NCBI RefSeq assembly: GCF_017876815.1
Contig: NZ_JAGIOS010000001.1
Location: forward strand, 3,873,232 to 3,905,231
Origin: Sinorhizobium meliloti
GTDB taxonomy: Bacteria > Pseudomonadota > Alphaproteobacteria > Rhizobiales > Rhizobiaceae
DNA length: 32,000 bases
Direction of reading: 5' to 3'
Position 1 is the first letter of the stretch. Each line of letters begins with the position of its first letter. Of the stretch, positions 12,181-20,697 are shown piece after piece. Below the pieces are notes generated by a model. The model was not told where the DNA came from, ran no database searches, and saw only the letters and a program-made list of their open reading frames with translations. The position numbers and the translations under genes were made by a program.

Positions 12181-13416
12181 ATGTCCCAGATTCGCCCGCT
12201 CATCCCGCTGCTCGTCACCGCAGGCATTCTGATCGGCGGCAACGGGTTGCAGGGCACGTTCATTTCCTTGAGAGCGCTCGAAGAAGGATTCTCGACCTCG
12301 CTGATCGGCGTGATCGGCGCCGGCTACAATGTCGGCTTTGCAATCGGCTGCGTCTACGTCACCCGCATTCTGAGGGCGATCGGCCATATCCGCACCTTTT
12401 CGGCGATGGCAGCCATCGCTTCCGCCGCTGCGATCGCCATGGTGCTCGTCATCGATCCGTGGTTCTGGTTCCTGATGCGGCTCGTCGCCGGCATCTGCTT
12501 CGCGAGTCTCTTCGCCACGGTCGAGAGCTGGTTGAATGCCAGCGTCACCAACGGCAACCGCGCGCGTACCCTTTCGATCTATCGCCTCGTCGATCTCGGC
12601 TCGGTGACGGCTGCACAATATGCAATTCCCGGCATCGGGATCGGCGGCTTCGAGCTTTTCGCCATCATCTCGATGGCGCTGACGCTTTCGCTCGTGCCGA
12701 TCTCCTTTGCCGATCGGTCGAGCCCGGTCGCACCGGAAGCGATACGCTTCGACGTGAAGGCGCTCTGGAACATCTCGCCGCTGGCCACCATCGGCTGCAT
12801 CGTCGTCGGCCTCACCAATGCCGCGTTCCGCTCGCTCGGCCCTATCTATGCGCAGGAGATCGGCCTTTCGGTGACGGCGATCGCAACCTTCATGAGCGCC
12901 GGCATCATCGGCGGCGTCGTGCTTCAATATCCGCTGGGATACTACTCCGACCGGATCGACCGCAGGCTGATCATCCTGATCGCCACCTTCGGCTCCCTTC
13001 TCGCGGGGCTCTTCCTCGCCTTCGTCGCCGGAAGCGACGAGTGGTTGAACTTCGCCGGCATCTTCGCCTTCGGCGCATTCGCGATGCCGCTCTTCTCGCT
13101 CTGCTCCGCGCATGCCAACGACCATGCGGCCGAAGGCCAGCATGCGCTCGTCTCCGCCGGCATGCTCTTTTTCTGGTCGCTCGGAGCCATCATCGGGCCG
13201 CTCCTCGCATCCTTCCTGCTCGAGATCTTCGAACCGCCTGTGCTCTTCATCTATACGGCAGCAATCCTGGCGCTCTTCATGGCCTACACGATCCGGCGCA
13301 TGACCGCGCGCAAACCCGTTCCAACCGAGGAACGGTCGATGCGGTTTCGCAGCCTTCTGCGCACATCGTCCTTCTTCAACAAGCTTGCGGGCGGCCAGAC
13401 GCGGAAAGAGCCTTGA
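12181..13416 (+). CDS. MFS transporter (12-TM type)
   Basis: The start is taken at ATG 12181 (MSQIRPLIPLLVTAGILIGG...). The 411-aa protein is hydrophobic with about 12 helices. The upstream portion of the 11974 ORF is non-coding-like ([11 protein letters not shown]). Confidence 0.82.
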   Translation: MSQIRPLIPLLVTAGILIGGNGLQGTFISLRALEEGFSTSLIGVIGAGYNVGFAIGCVYVTRILRAIGHIRTFSAMAAIASAAAIAMVLVIDPWFWFLMRLVAGICFASLFATVESWLNASVTNGNRARTLSIYRLVDLGSVTAAQYAIPGIGIGGFELFAIISMALTLSLVPISFADRSSPVAPEAIRFDVKALWNISPLATIGCIVVGLTNAAFRSLGPIYAQEIGLSVTAIATFMSAGIIGGVVLQYPLGYYSDRIDRRLIILIATFGSLLAGLFLAFVAGSDEWLNFAGIFAFGAFAMPLFSLCSAHANDHAAEGQHALVSAGMLFFWSLGAIIGPLLASFLLEIFEPPVLFIYTAAILALFMAYTIRRMTARKPVPTEERSMRFRSLLRTSSFFNKLAGGQTRKEP

Positions 13417-13437
13417 TCCGATAGGGCTGCAGCTAGA

Positions 13438-13544
13438 GCGGGATGAGGAAAAGTGCGTGCGGTTTTCCGCCCGCATCCCGCGTCTCAACTTCTCGGAATC
13501 GATCACGATGTTTTAGGTCGACCCGGCCCAAAAACATCGTGATC
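13438..13544. repeat. Intergenic palindromic repeat (family C): imperfect hairpin plus a perfect 14-bp-stem hairpin
   Basis: gcgggatg..ggaaaa/ttttcc..catcccgc spans 13438-13480. Then gatcacgatgtttt (13501-13514) and aaaacatcgtgatc (13531-13544) flank aggtcgacccggccca. A related copy lies at 31651-31694 with the shared core gaatcg(a/t)tcacgatg(g)ttttaggtcgaccc. It is downstream of the MFS stop. Confidence 0.7.
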
Positions 13545-13561
13545 TACGCGCCGCTGCCGAA

Positions 13562-13590
13562 TTGCTGAAAGTGAAAATCAGGTTTAATAA
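13562..13590 (+). promoter_or_regulatory. Candidate sigma70-like promoter for the multicopper oxidase gene
   Basis: TTGCTG (13562-13567), a 17-nt spacer, then TAATAA (13585-13590), in a locally AT-rich patch about 85 nt upstream of the ATG at 13673. Pattern match only. Confidence 0.25.
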
Positions 13591-13672
13591 CGGACCGGAC
13601 CGTTTTTCGGGGGCGAAGCGTGCTTTGCCGCGCCGCTCCCCTCCCTCCGGAAATAGACACGCAAAGATACCG

Positions 13673-15067
13673 ATGCTCAATCGCCGAATGTTTCTCCAGG
13701 GTTCAGCCGCGCTTGGCGGCGCCTTCACGCTCGGCGCCGGTCTCGCCGCGAGGGCGGGCGCAGCCCCCGATCCGCAGATCCTGACGGCGCGGTTCGCCGA
13801 GGCGCAGATCGCGGCCGGCGGCGTCACCCCCCGGGTCATGACCTATGATCCGGGCGATCCGGCAAGCACCGCCATGCCGCCCGTTTTGAGGATGCGCAAG
13901 GGCGAGCCCTTCGCGGCGAGGCTGGTCAACCGTCTGGACGAGCCGACGACCGTCCACTGGCATGGACTGAGGATCGCCAATGCGATGGACGGCGTGCCGG
14001 AAATGACGCAGCCCTATGTCTATCCCGGCGACGGCTTCGACTATCTCTTCACACCGCCGGACGCCGGCACCTTCTGGTACCACCCGCACTGCAATACGCT
14101 GATGCAGATGGGGAGCGGCCTGACTGGCGTGATCGTCGTCGAGAACCCGGAGGATCCGAGTTTCGATTCCGAGATCGTTCTCAACCTCAGGGACTGGCGG
14201 CTCGGCGCGAGCGGCGAGTTCATCGCCCCTTTCAAACCGCGGGATGCGGCGCGCGGCGGGACCTATGGAACGGTGAGAACCGCGAACTGGCAGCGCGAGC
14301 CGGTCTACGACGCTCCCGCCGGCGGGCTCGTCCGCGTGAGAATCGCCGCAACCGACGTTACGCGCATCTACACGATCGGGCTCGAAGGCGCAGAGGCCAG
14401 GGTGATCGCCCTCGACGGCAACCCGGTCGAAATCCCCTTCGCGCTCGACCGGCTCGACCTCGGCCCCGGCCAGCGCGTCGATCTTGCGCTCCGCATGCCG
14501 CAGAGCGAGGGCCAGCACGCACGGCTTGGCAATTTCCGCGGCTCCAGCCCCTGGACGATCGCAGCCTTCCGGGCAGTCGGCACTTCGCTGAAGCGGGAGC
14601 TCGGGGATATCGCACCTCTGCCCCCGAACCCCGTTGCCGAAGCCGACATTTCCACGGCCAAGCGTATTCCGATCGACCTGACCGCTACGGCCGAGCACGA
14701 GCCGGCCGCTTCGATCTGCGGCTCGCTCGGTTATACGTTCTGGGCGATCAACAAGGTTCCGTGGCCAGGTGACACGCCCGATCCGGTCGCCCCCATCGAG
14801 GAACTCAAATTCGGGAAAAGCTATGTGCTGGAGATCGCCAACCGCACGCCGCATGCCCATCCGATCCATCTGCATGGGCTGAGCTTCCGCATCCTCGCCT
14901 CTAACAGGCGGAGCGTGCTGCCGCCGCCGACCGACACGATCCTGCTCTTGCCGGACGAACAGGCGCAGCTCGCACTGGTCGCGGACAATCCCGGCGACTG
15001 GGTCTTCCATTGCCATATCATCGAACATCAAAAGACCGGGATGTCGGCTTATTTCCGGGTCGCCTGA
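13673..15067 (+). CDS. Tat-exported multicopper oxidase
   Basis: The start is taken at MLNRRMFLQGSAALGGAFTLGAGLAARAGA, a twin-arginine signal. All four MCO copper motifs are present: HWHG, WYHPH, HPIHLHG and HCHIIEHQKTGM. 464 aa. Confidence 0.9.
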   Translation: MLNRRMFLQGSAALGGAFTLGAGLAARAGAAPDPQILTARFAEAQIAAGGVTPRVMTYDPGDPASTAMPPVLRMRKGEPFAARLVNRLDEPTTVHWHGLRIANAMDGVPEMTQPYVYPGDGFDYLFTPPDAGTFWYHPHCNTLMQMGSGLTGVIVVENPEDPSFDSEIVLNLRDWRLGASGEFIAPFKPRDAARGGTYGTVRTANWQREPVYDAPAGGLVRVRIAATDVTRIYTIGLEGAEARVIALDGNPVEIPFALDRLDLGPGQRVDLALRMPQSEGQHARLGNFRGSSPWTIAAFRAVGTSLKRELGDIAPLPPNPVAEADISTAKRIPIDLTATAEHEPAASICGSLGYTFWAINKVPWPGDTPDPVAPIEELKFGKSYVLEIANRTPHAHPIHLHGLSFRILASNRRSVLPPPTDTILLLPDEQAQLALVADNPGDWVFHCHIIEHQKTGMSAYFRVA

Positions 15068-15148
15068 CAATTTCGATTGTGACAGGTGCCGTGAAACGGT
15101 ACACGGGGAAACTCAAAGCCGCATTTTTGCCACAGTGATTAAAGCCCG

Positions 15149-16300
15149 ATGATTCAAACGACAGCAGATCTTGAGGCCGCCTGCCGAGAGCTGGCCCGTT
15201 CAAGCTATATTACGATCGATACGGAGTTCCTGCGCGAAACCACGTTCTGGCCGGTGCTGTGCCTCATTCAGATGGCAAGCCCGGAAATGGCAGTGATCGT
15301 CGATCCGATGGCACCCGGGATCGACCTCGCCCCGTTCTTCGCGCTGATGAGCAACCCGGATGTCGTGAAGGTGTTCCACGCCGCCAGGCAGGACATCGAG
15401 ATCATCCACCATCTCGGAAATCTCATTCCTCATCCGATCTTCGATACGCAGGTGGCCGCGATGGTTTGCGGCTTCGGTGACAGCGTGTCCTATGACCAGC
15501 TCGTCAACCGCATCAAGAACGAGCAGATCGACAAGTCGTCCCGCTTCACCGATTGGAGCCGCAGACCGCTCACCGACAAGCAGCTCGACTATGCGCTGGC
15601 GGACGTGACGCATCTGAGGGATATCTACCAGTACCTCACCAAGGAACTGGATCGCGAGGGACGCTCCTCATGGCTTGCGGAGGAAATGGCGATCCTCGAA
15701 AGCCGGGAGACCTACGATCTCCACCCGGACAATGCCTGGCAGCGGCTGAAGATGCGGGTGAAGAAACCCATCGAGCTCGCCGTCCTGCAGAAGGTGGCGG
15801 CGTGGCGCGAACGCGAAGCGCGCGCCCGCAACGTGCCGCGCGGGCGAATTATCAAGGATGATGCGATCTATGAGATTGCGCAGCAGCAGCCGAAGGATGC
15901 CGAGGCGCTCGGACGCCTCAGGACCATTCCCAAGGGCTGGGAGCGCTCCAGCGCGGGGACGGCCCTCATCGAGGCAGTCGGCGAAGCCCTTGCGATCCCG
16001 AGGGGCGAGCTGCCGCGCCTGCCGCGCCAGAACCACGCACCCGAGGGCGCTGCGGCGGCGAGCGAGCTGCTCAAGGTGCTGCTGAAACTCATCTCCGAAA
16101 AGGAGGGAGTCGCGGCCAAGATCATCGCCAACAGCGACGATCTCGACAGGATCGCAGCCGAGGGCGAAGGTGCGGACGTCGCCGCGCTCAAGGGCTGGCG
16201 GCGTGAGCTCTTCGGCATGACGGCGCTGAAACTCATCAACGGCGAGGTGGCATTGCGCTTCGTCGACAAAAAAGTCGAGGCGATGGAAATCGGCGGTTGA
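15149..16300 (+). CDS. rnd: Ribonuclease D
   Basis: 383-aa ORF. The DEDDy exonuclease motifs are present (ITIDTEF..., VKVFHAARQDIE, YALADVTHL), followed by an HRDC-like region (LQKVAAWREREARARNVPRGRI). Confidence 0.9.
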   Translation: MIQTTADLEAACRELARSSYITIDTEFLRETTFWPVLCLIQMASPEMAVIVDPMAPGIDLAPFFALMSNPDVVKVFHAARQDIEIIHHLGNLIPHPIFDTQVAAMVCGFGDSVSYDQLVNRIKNEQIDKSSRFTDWSRRPLTDKQLDYALADVTHLRDIYQYLTKELDREGRSSWLAEEMAILESRETYDLHPDNAWQRLKMRVKKPIELAVLQKVAAWREREARARNVPRGRIIKDDAIYEIAQQQPKDAEALGRLRTIPKGWERSSAGTALIEAVGEALAIPRGELPRLPRQNHAPEGAAAASELLKVLLKLISEKEGVAAKIIANSDDLDRIAAEGEGADVAALKGWRRELFGMTALKLINGEVALRFVDKKVEAMEIGG

Positions 16301-16505
16301 AAACCGCCGCTCGACGACAACTTTCCGCCCGAATCTGAGCTTAGCCGAGACATTTCGAGGGCTGATCGCCGCCGCCCGGCCCCGCGGGCTTCAACTGCAT
16401 GTGTCCTTTCAGGACAAAACATGTAGCAACTCAAATTGCTCCGGCGACCTTTGCGTGCCTGATAAGACGCGCGGCGCTGTAAATTCTCGATTTCGAGGCT
16501 GTCAC

Positions 16506-17597
16506 ATGCGCTGGAGATTTTCCACGCTCGAGATCATCCTGTTGCTGCTCGTCGTCGCCGGCAGCGGCATGGCCTATGCGTGGGTCGTCTACGGCGGCGG
16601 CGGCCTGATCGGCGCAACCTATGCGCTCTTCATGTGCATGCCGATTCTCGCCTTTGAACGGCACATCATCTTCCGGCGCCTTTACCGGAGAATCCACGGA
16701 TCGCCGACGCCGGCGTTTCTTCTCTCGTCCCTCGCCGTCTACTTCATATTCGTCAACGTCGGATACGCAGCCGCCGGGCTGCTTTTGCACGTCGCCGGCG
16801 TCATGCGTGAAAGCAGGACGGACGCGATGCTGCCATCGCTCAACGTGCTGGTGTACGCACTTGCGACCTCCGGTCCGATCATCTTCGTGCTCAGGGTGCG
16901 CGAATTGCTCGGCCGCGACGTTTTCCTGAGCCTCCTGACCGGACGATACCGCAAGCCGGTGCAGGAGGAACGCGTGTTTCTTTTCATCGATCTCGCCGGA
17001 TCGACATCGCTTGCCGAGCGCTTCGGCGACCTGCGCATGCAGGAATATTTGGGAAAGCTGTTTGCAGCCATGGCTGATCCCGTGCTGCGCTATGGCGGGT
17101 CCATCGACGACTATGTCGGCGACGCTGCCGTGATCACCTGGCCTTACGATCGCGCTGTCGCGGATGCAGCCTGCATCCGCTGCGTGTTCGACATTCTGGA
17201 GCAGATCGAAGCGGACGCCCATCGCTGGCAAAAAGACTACGGCGAGGTGCCGCGCCTGCGTGCCGCTCTGCATGGCGGCACGATCGTTGCCGCGGAGATC
17301 GGCGTCGACAAGCACAAGATCACCTATTTCGGCGACACCGTGAACACGACGGCACGCCTCGAGGGCCTGTGCCGAACGCTAAACCGTCAGGTCTTGATCT
17401 CAGCCGATCTGCTGCGGCGCTTGCGCCCGCCCGTCTTCGTGCGCGCCGAGGATCTCGGCGAGCATGAGGTCAAAGGTCGTGGCCAGAAGCTCGCGGTTCT
17501 GTCGCTCACGGCCGGTTCGCTCAGCGGCGACGGCGCCACGGAACCAGCCGGGGAGACCGTTCGCAGTCCGGCCGCCGAGGCTTTCACCTCGCTGTAA
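16506..17597 (+). CDS. Membrane-anchored class III adenylate/guanylate cyclase
   Basis: The start is taken at ATG 16506 (MRWRFSTLEIILLLLVVAG...). There are about 5 N-terminal TM helices, then a CYTH-unrelated class III catalytic core: VFLFIDLAGSTSLAERFGD..., YVGDAAVITW, and FGDTVNTTARLEG. Confidence 0.85.
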   Translation: MRWRFSTLEIILLLLVVAGSGMAYAWVVYGGGGLIGATYALFMCMPILAFERHIIFRRLYRRIHGSPTPAFLLSSLAVYFIFVNVGYAAAGLLLHVAGVMRESRTDAMLPSLNVLVYALATSGPIIFVLRVRELLGRDVFLSLLTGRYRKPVQEERVFLFIDLAGSTSLAERFGDLRMQEYLGKLFAAMADPVLRYGGSIDDYVGDAAVITWPYDRAVADAACIRCVFDILEQIEADAHRWQKDYGEVPRLRAALHGGTIVAAEIGVDKHKITYFGDTVNTTARLEGLCRTLNRQVLISADLLRRLRPPVFVRAEDLGEHEVKGRGQKLAVLSLTAGSLSGDGATEPAGETVRSPAAEAFTSL

Positions 17598-17667
17598 GAC
17601 AAACATCAAACAGTTGTCATCGAAGCCGCCTATCGGGTTCACCTGCACTCCAACCCGAGGTGAAGTT

Positions 17668-19026
17668 ATGACGAAATCCATCCTTGCCGCCATGGCGCTG
17701 ACCCTGCTGGCGTCGAGCGCCGCGCTTGCCGAGGAAAAGGCCTTCCCTGCAAGGCTCGAGGCGCATGCGATCCTTCCCGCAAACACCATCGTCGCCGCGC
17801 CGGCGGATGCCGCGGACTACCTCAAGACCTCGGGCAAGTTCTCGACCGCCGACCGCAAGCGCGCCGCCGAACTGGGCAGCGTCGCCGGCAAGGACGGCGT
17901 TCGCCCGACCGGTTTGTCGCTTCCCTTCAACGGCCAGCCGATGCAGGGCTTCTCCGGCATCAAGGCGATGGAGGACGGCACTTTCTGGAGCCTTTCGGAC
18001 AACGGCTTCGGCAACAAGCTCAACTCGACCGACGCCATGCTGATGCTCCACCATCTCAAGATCGACTGGGACGCCGGCAGGGTCGAGGCGTTGAAGACCC
18101 TGTTCCTGTCCGACCCCGAGCGCAAGACCCCCTTCCCCATCGTCATGGAAGGCTCGGCCACCCGCTATCTCACGGGCGGCGACTTCGACGTCGAATCGAT
18201 CCAGCCGGTCGCCGACGGCTTCTGGGTCGGTGAGGAATTCGGCCCCTACATCCTGAAGTTCGACCTTGACGGCAAGCTCACCGACGTCATTGCGACTGTT
18301 GTCGGCGGCAAGCCCGTGCTCTCGCCCGACAATCCGGCACTGACGCTGCAGGCAGACCCCTCCAAGAAGGCACCGGACTTCAACCTGAAGCGCTCCGGCG
18401 GTTACGAAGGTCTGGCACTTTCGAAGGACGGCTCGAAGCTCTACGGACTGCTCGAAGGGCCGATCTGGGCAGACAGCGAGTCGGTGGAAGAGGCGGAGGG
18501 CCGGCCGGCGCTGCGGATCGTCGAGCTCGACGCCGGCAGCAAGGCCTGGACCGGGCGCAGCTGGCTGTATCCGCTGGCCGAAGGCGGTGAAGCGATCGGC
18601 GATTTCAACATGCTCGACGAGAAGACTGCGCTGGTGATCGAGCGCGACAACGGCGCCGGCACCGTCGACAAGGCCTGCGCGGACCCCAAGAACCCGCAGC
18701 CGGATTGCTTCGCCGTCGGGTCGAAGCTGAAGCGTGTCTACAAGATTGCCATGGACGATGAAAACGTCGGCAAGGCCGTGCGCAAGATCGGCTATGTCGA
18801 CCTGCTGAAAATCGCCGATCCGGACAACCGCAAGCGCCAGGGCGGCGGCGAGGGCTATTACGACATGCCCTTCGTCACCATCGAGAATGTCGACCGCGTG
18901 GACGAGACGCATATCATCGTCGGCAACGACAACAACCTGCCTTTCTCCGCCGGGCGTTCCCTCGACAAGGCGGACGACAATGAATTCGTGTTGCTCGAAG
19001 TGGGCGAATTCCTGAAGGCCGAATAG
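17668..19026 (+). CDS. Secreted protein, likely of the 'esterase-like activity of phytase' family (beta-propeller-like)
   Basis: ATG at 17668 preceded by GAGGTGAAG. Signal peptide MTKSILAAMALTLLASSAALA/EE. GFSGI...DGTFWSLSDNGFG... and EGLALSKDGSKLYGLLEGP motifs recall the phytase-like esterase family. The family call is from memory, not from a search. Confidence 0.65.
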   Translation: MTKSILAAMALTLLASSAALAEEKAFPARLEAHAILPANTIVAAPADAADYLKTSGKFSTADRKRAAELGSVAGKDGVRPTGLSLPFNGQPMQGFSGIKAMEDGTFWSLSDNGFGNKLNSTDAMLMLHHLKIDWDAGRVEALKTLFLSDPERKTPFPIVMEGSATRYLTGGDFDVESIQPVADGFWVGEEFGPYILKFDLDGKLTDVIATVVGGKPVLSPDNPALTLQADPSKKAPDFNLKRSGGYEGLALSKDGSKLYGLLEGPIWADSESVEEAEGRPALRIVELDAGSKAWTGRSWLYPLAEGGEAIGDFNMLDEKTALVIERDNGAGTVDKACADPKNPQPDCFAVGSKLKRVYKIAMDDENVGKAVRKIGYVDLLKIADPDNRKRQGGGEGYYDMPFVTIENVDRVDETHIIVGNDNNLPFSAGRSLDKADDNEFVLLEVGEFLKAE

Positions 19027-19040
19027 ACCCACTCCTCCTG

Positions 19041-19106
19041 CCCTCATCCCTGTGACAAGGCAAGCACAGGGATGTGGGCACAGGGATGTGGGCACAGGGT
19101 TGAGGG
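19041..19106. repeat. Palindromic repeat (family B) with a triplicated 14-nt right arm
   Basis: Left arm ccctcatccctgtg (19041-19054), a 10-nt loop, then cacagggatgtggg (19065-19078), cacagggatgtggg (19079-19092) and cacagggttgaggg (19093-19106). A single-arm relative lies at 31558-31590. It sits between the convergent phytase-like and ppx genes. Confidence 0.8.
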
Positions 19107-19162
19107 CGCACGGTTGTGCCGCACGTCCTTGGCGCGTCGAGCGCGAACGTTCGAAAGAGCAA

Positions 19163-20686
19163 TCAGCGCTCGAAGGAGAAGGCGAGCTTCTTGCCGGTAA
19201 GCTTGCCGAGCTGCTGGAGCCGGCCGTCGAGGCGTTCGCCCTCGAAGTCGGCATAGGCTGCCGGGACGACGAATTCGAGATCGATGTCGGGCTTCGAAGA
19301 TCGCCGGAGCGTGAGGTGGCGCGCCACACCCGGCATGGAGGCCGAAAAGAGATAGGCGACGCGCAACAGCCCGCCCAGGAGCTTGGCCAGTTCGTGCAGG
19401 CGCGGCGTCGTGATGCCGGCGAGCGGGCTCGTGGCGCCGTCGTCGTTGAGCCCTTCGAAGCGATAGTAATTCGCGAGCGCGATATAGGCCCGCCCCGCAT
19501 GGGTGATACCCGTGAAGGCCGAGTGCGCAATGATGTTCAGCGCCTGCAGACCGCGATAGTCGGGATGCGCCCGCCAGCTGATATCCGCCAACAAACAGGC
19601 GGCCTGACGGTAGCGCCTCTCCTCTTCCGTCTCCTCGACGCCGAAGAACGGCACCAGGCGGCCGGTCCATTCGGCGAGCTCGCGCGCATGCTCGGGCGAG
19701 CGGGCGCGAAGGATGGCGAGTTCGTTGGCAGCGGTCAGCAGCGGGTCCTGCCGGCGCTCCTCCTCGGAAAGCAGCGAAAAGAGATAGCCCTCGCGGACGC
19801 CCAGCGCGGAAAAGGAGATGCGCTCGGGTTGCATGATGGAGATTGCCTCCTGCATCGTCACCGCCCCGTAGGGCAGCAGGCTCCGGCGGCTCTTGGAAAT
19901 CGTCGCATAGGCGGAGGGCTTGATATTCTTCGGCTCGATCACTTCGGCGAGGATCGCCAGCGCTTCGTCATAGGAGATTTCGTAACCCTGCATCATGTGC
20001 AGCGGGTAATTGTGCATCTCCATGTGCAGCTTGGCGATCGCTCGCCAGGTTCCGCCCACGGCGTAGAACGTGCGTCCGGTCCCCTTCTTCAGGACCTCGG
20101 CATTTTTCATGAACTTGCGTACCCAGGTCCGCGCCTTGCTGAGCGAGCCGCTCGAATGTTCGAAGAGGCGAATGCCGCCCAGCGGCAGCGTTATGCCTTT
20201 GCCGATCCGCTTGCCGTTTACATCGACAAGCTCGAGCGAGCCGCCGCCGAGATCGCCGACGACGCCATCCGGCTCGTGGTAGCTGCTGACGATGCCCATC
20301 GCCGAATAATAGGCTTCCTCCTCACCGCTCAGGATCTTCACCCTTTGCCCGAGGATGGCTTCCGCCCTTTCGATGAAGGCCGCTCCGTTGGTGGCCTCCC
20401 GCGCCGCAGCGGTCGCGAGCACATACATCTCGGTCGCGCGCGCCTGGTCGGAGAGCGCACGAAAGCGGTGCAGCGCCCTCAGCGCCCTCGCCACGCTTTC
20501 CTCCTCCATTCGGCCGGTCGCATCGATGCCCTTGCCGAGGCCGCACATCACCTTCTCGTTGAAAAGCATCGCCGGCGAACGGCTCAGCCCTTCATAGACG
20601 ACGAGACGAATGGAGTTGGAGCCGATATCCACAACGGAGACCGGGCGGATACCGGGCAGACGTCCCTGCGCTTCAGATTCGACCAT
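19163..20686 (-). CDS. ppx: Exopolyphosphatase (Ppx/GppA family)
   Basis: 507-aa ORF. VSVVDIGSNSIRLVVYE... is the ASKHA/Ppx-GppA N-terminal phosphate-1 motif, and DLGGGSLEL follows. It starts 11 nt downstream of ppk on the same strand. Confidence 0.9.
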   Translation of the reverse strand: MVESEAQGRLPGIRPVSVVDIGSNSIRLVVYEGLSRSPAMLFNEKVMCGLGKGIDATGRMEEESVARALRALHRFRALSDQARATEMYVLATAAAREATNGAAFIERAEAILGQRVKILSGEEEAYYSAMGIVSSYHEPDGVVGDLGGGSLELVDVNGKRIGKGITLPLGGIRLFEHSSGSLSKARTWVRKFMKNAEVLKKGTGRTFYAVGGTWRAIAKLHMEMHNYPLHMMQGYEISYDEALAILAEVIEPKNIKPSAYATISKSRRSLLPYGAVTMQEAISIMQPERISFSALGVREGYLFSLLSEEERRQDPLLTAANELAILRARSPEHARELAEWTGRLVPFFGVEETEEERRYRQAACLLADISWRAHPDYRGLQALNIIAHSAFTGITHAGRAYIALANYYRFEGLNDDGATSPLAGITTPRLHELAKLLGGLLRVAYLFSASMPGVARHLTLRRSSKPDIDLEFVVPAAYADFEGERLDGRLQQLGKLTGKKLAFSFER

Positions 20687-20697
20687 GCAATTCCAGT

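Noticed and set aside
19065-19106. Three tandem 14-nt repeats, considered as a possible mini-CRISPR or VNTR.
   Set aside because: There are no spacers between the units, the units are too short for CRISPR repeats, no cas genes are present, and the units are arms of a known-type palindromic repeat.
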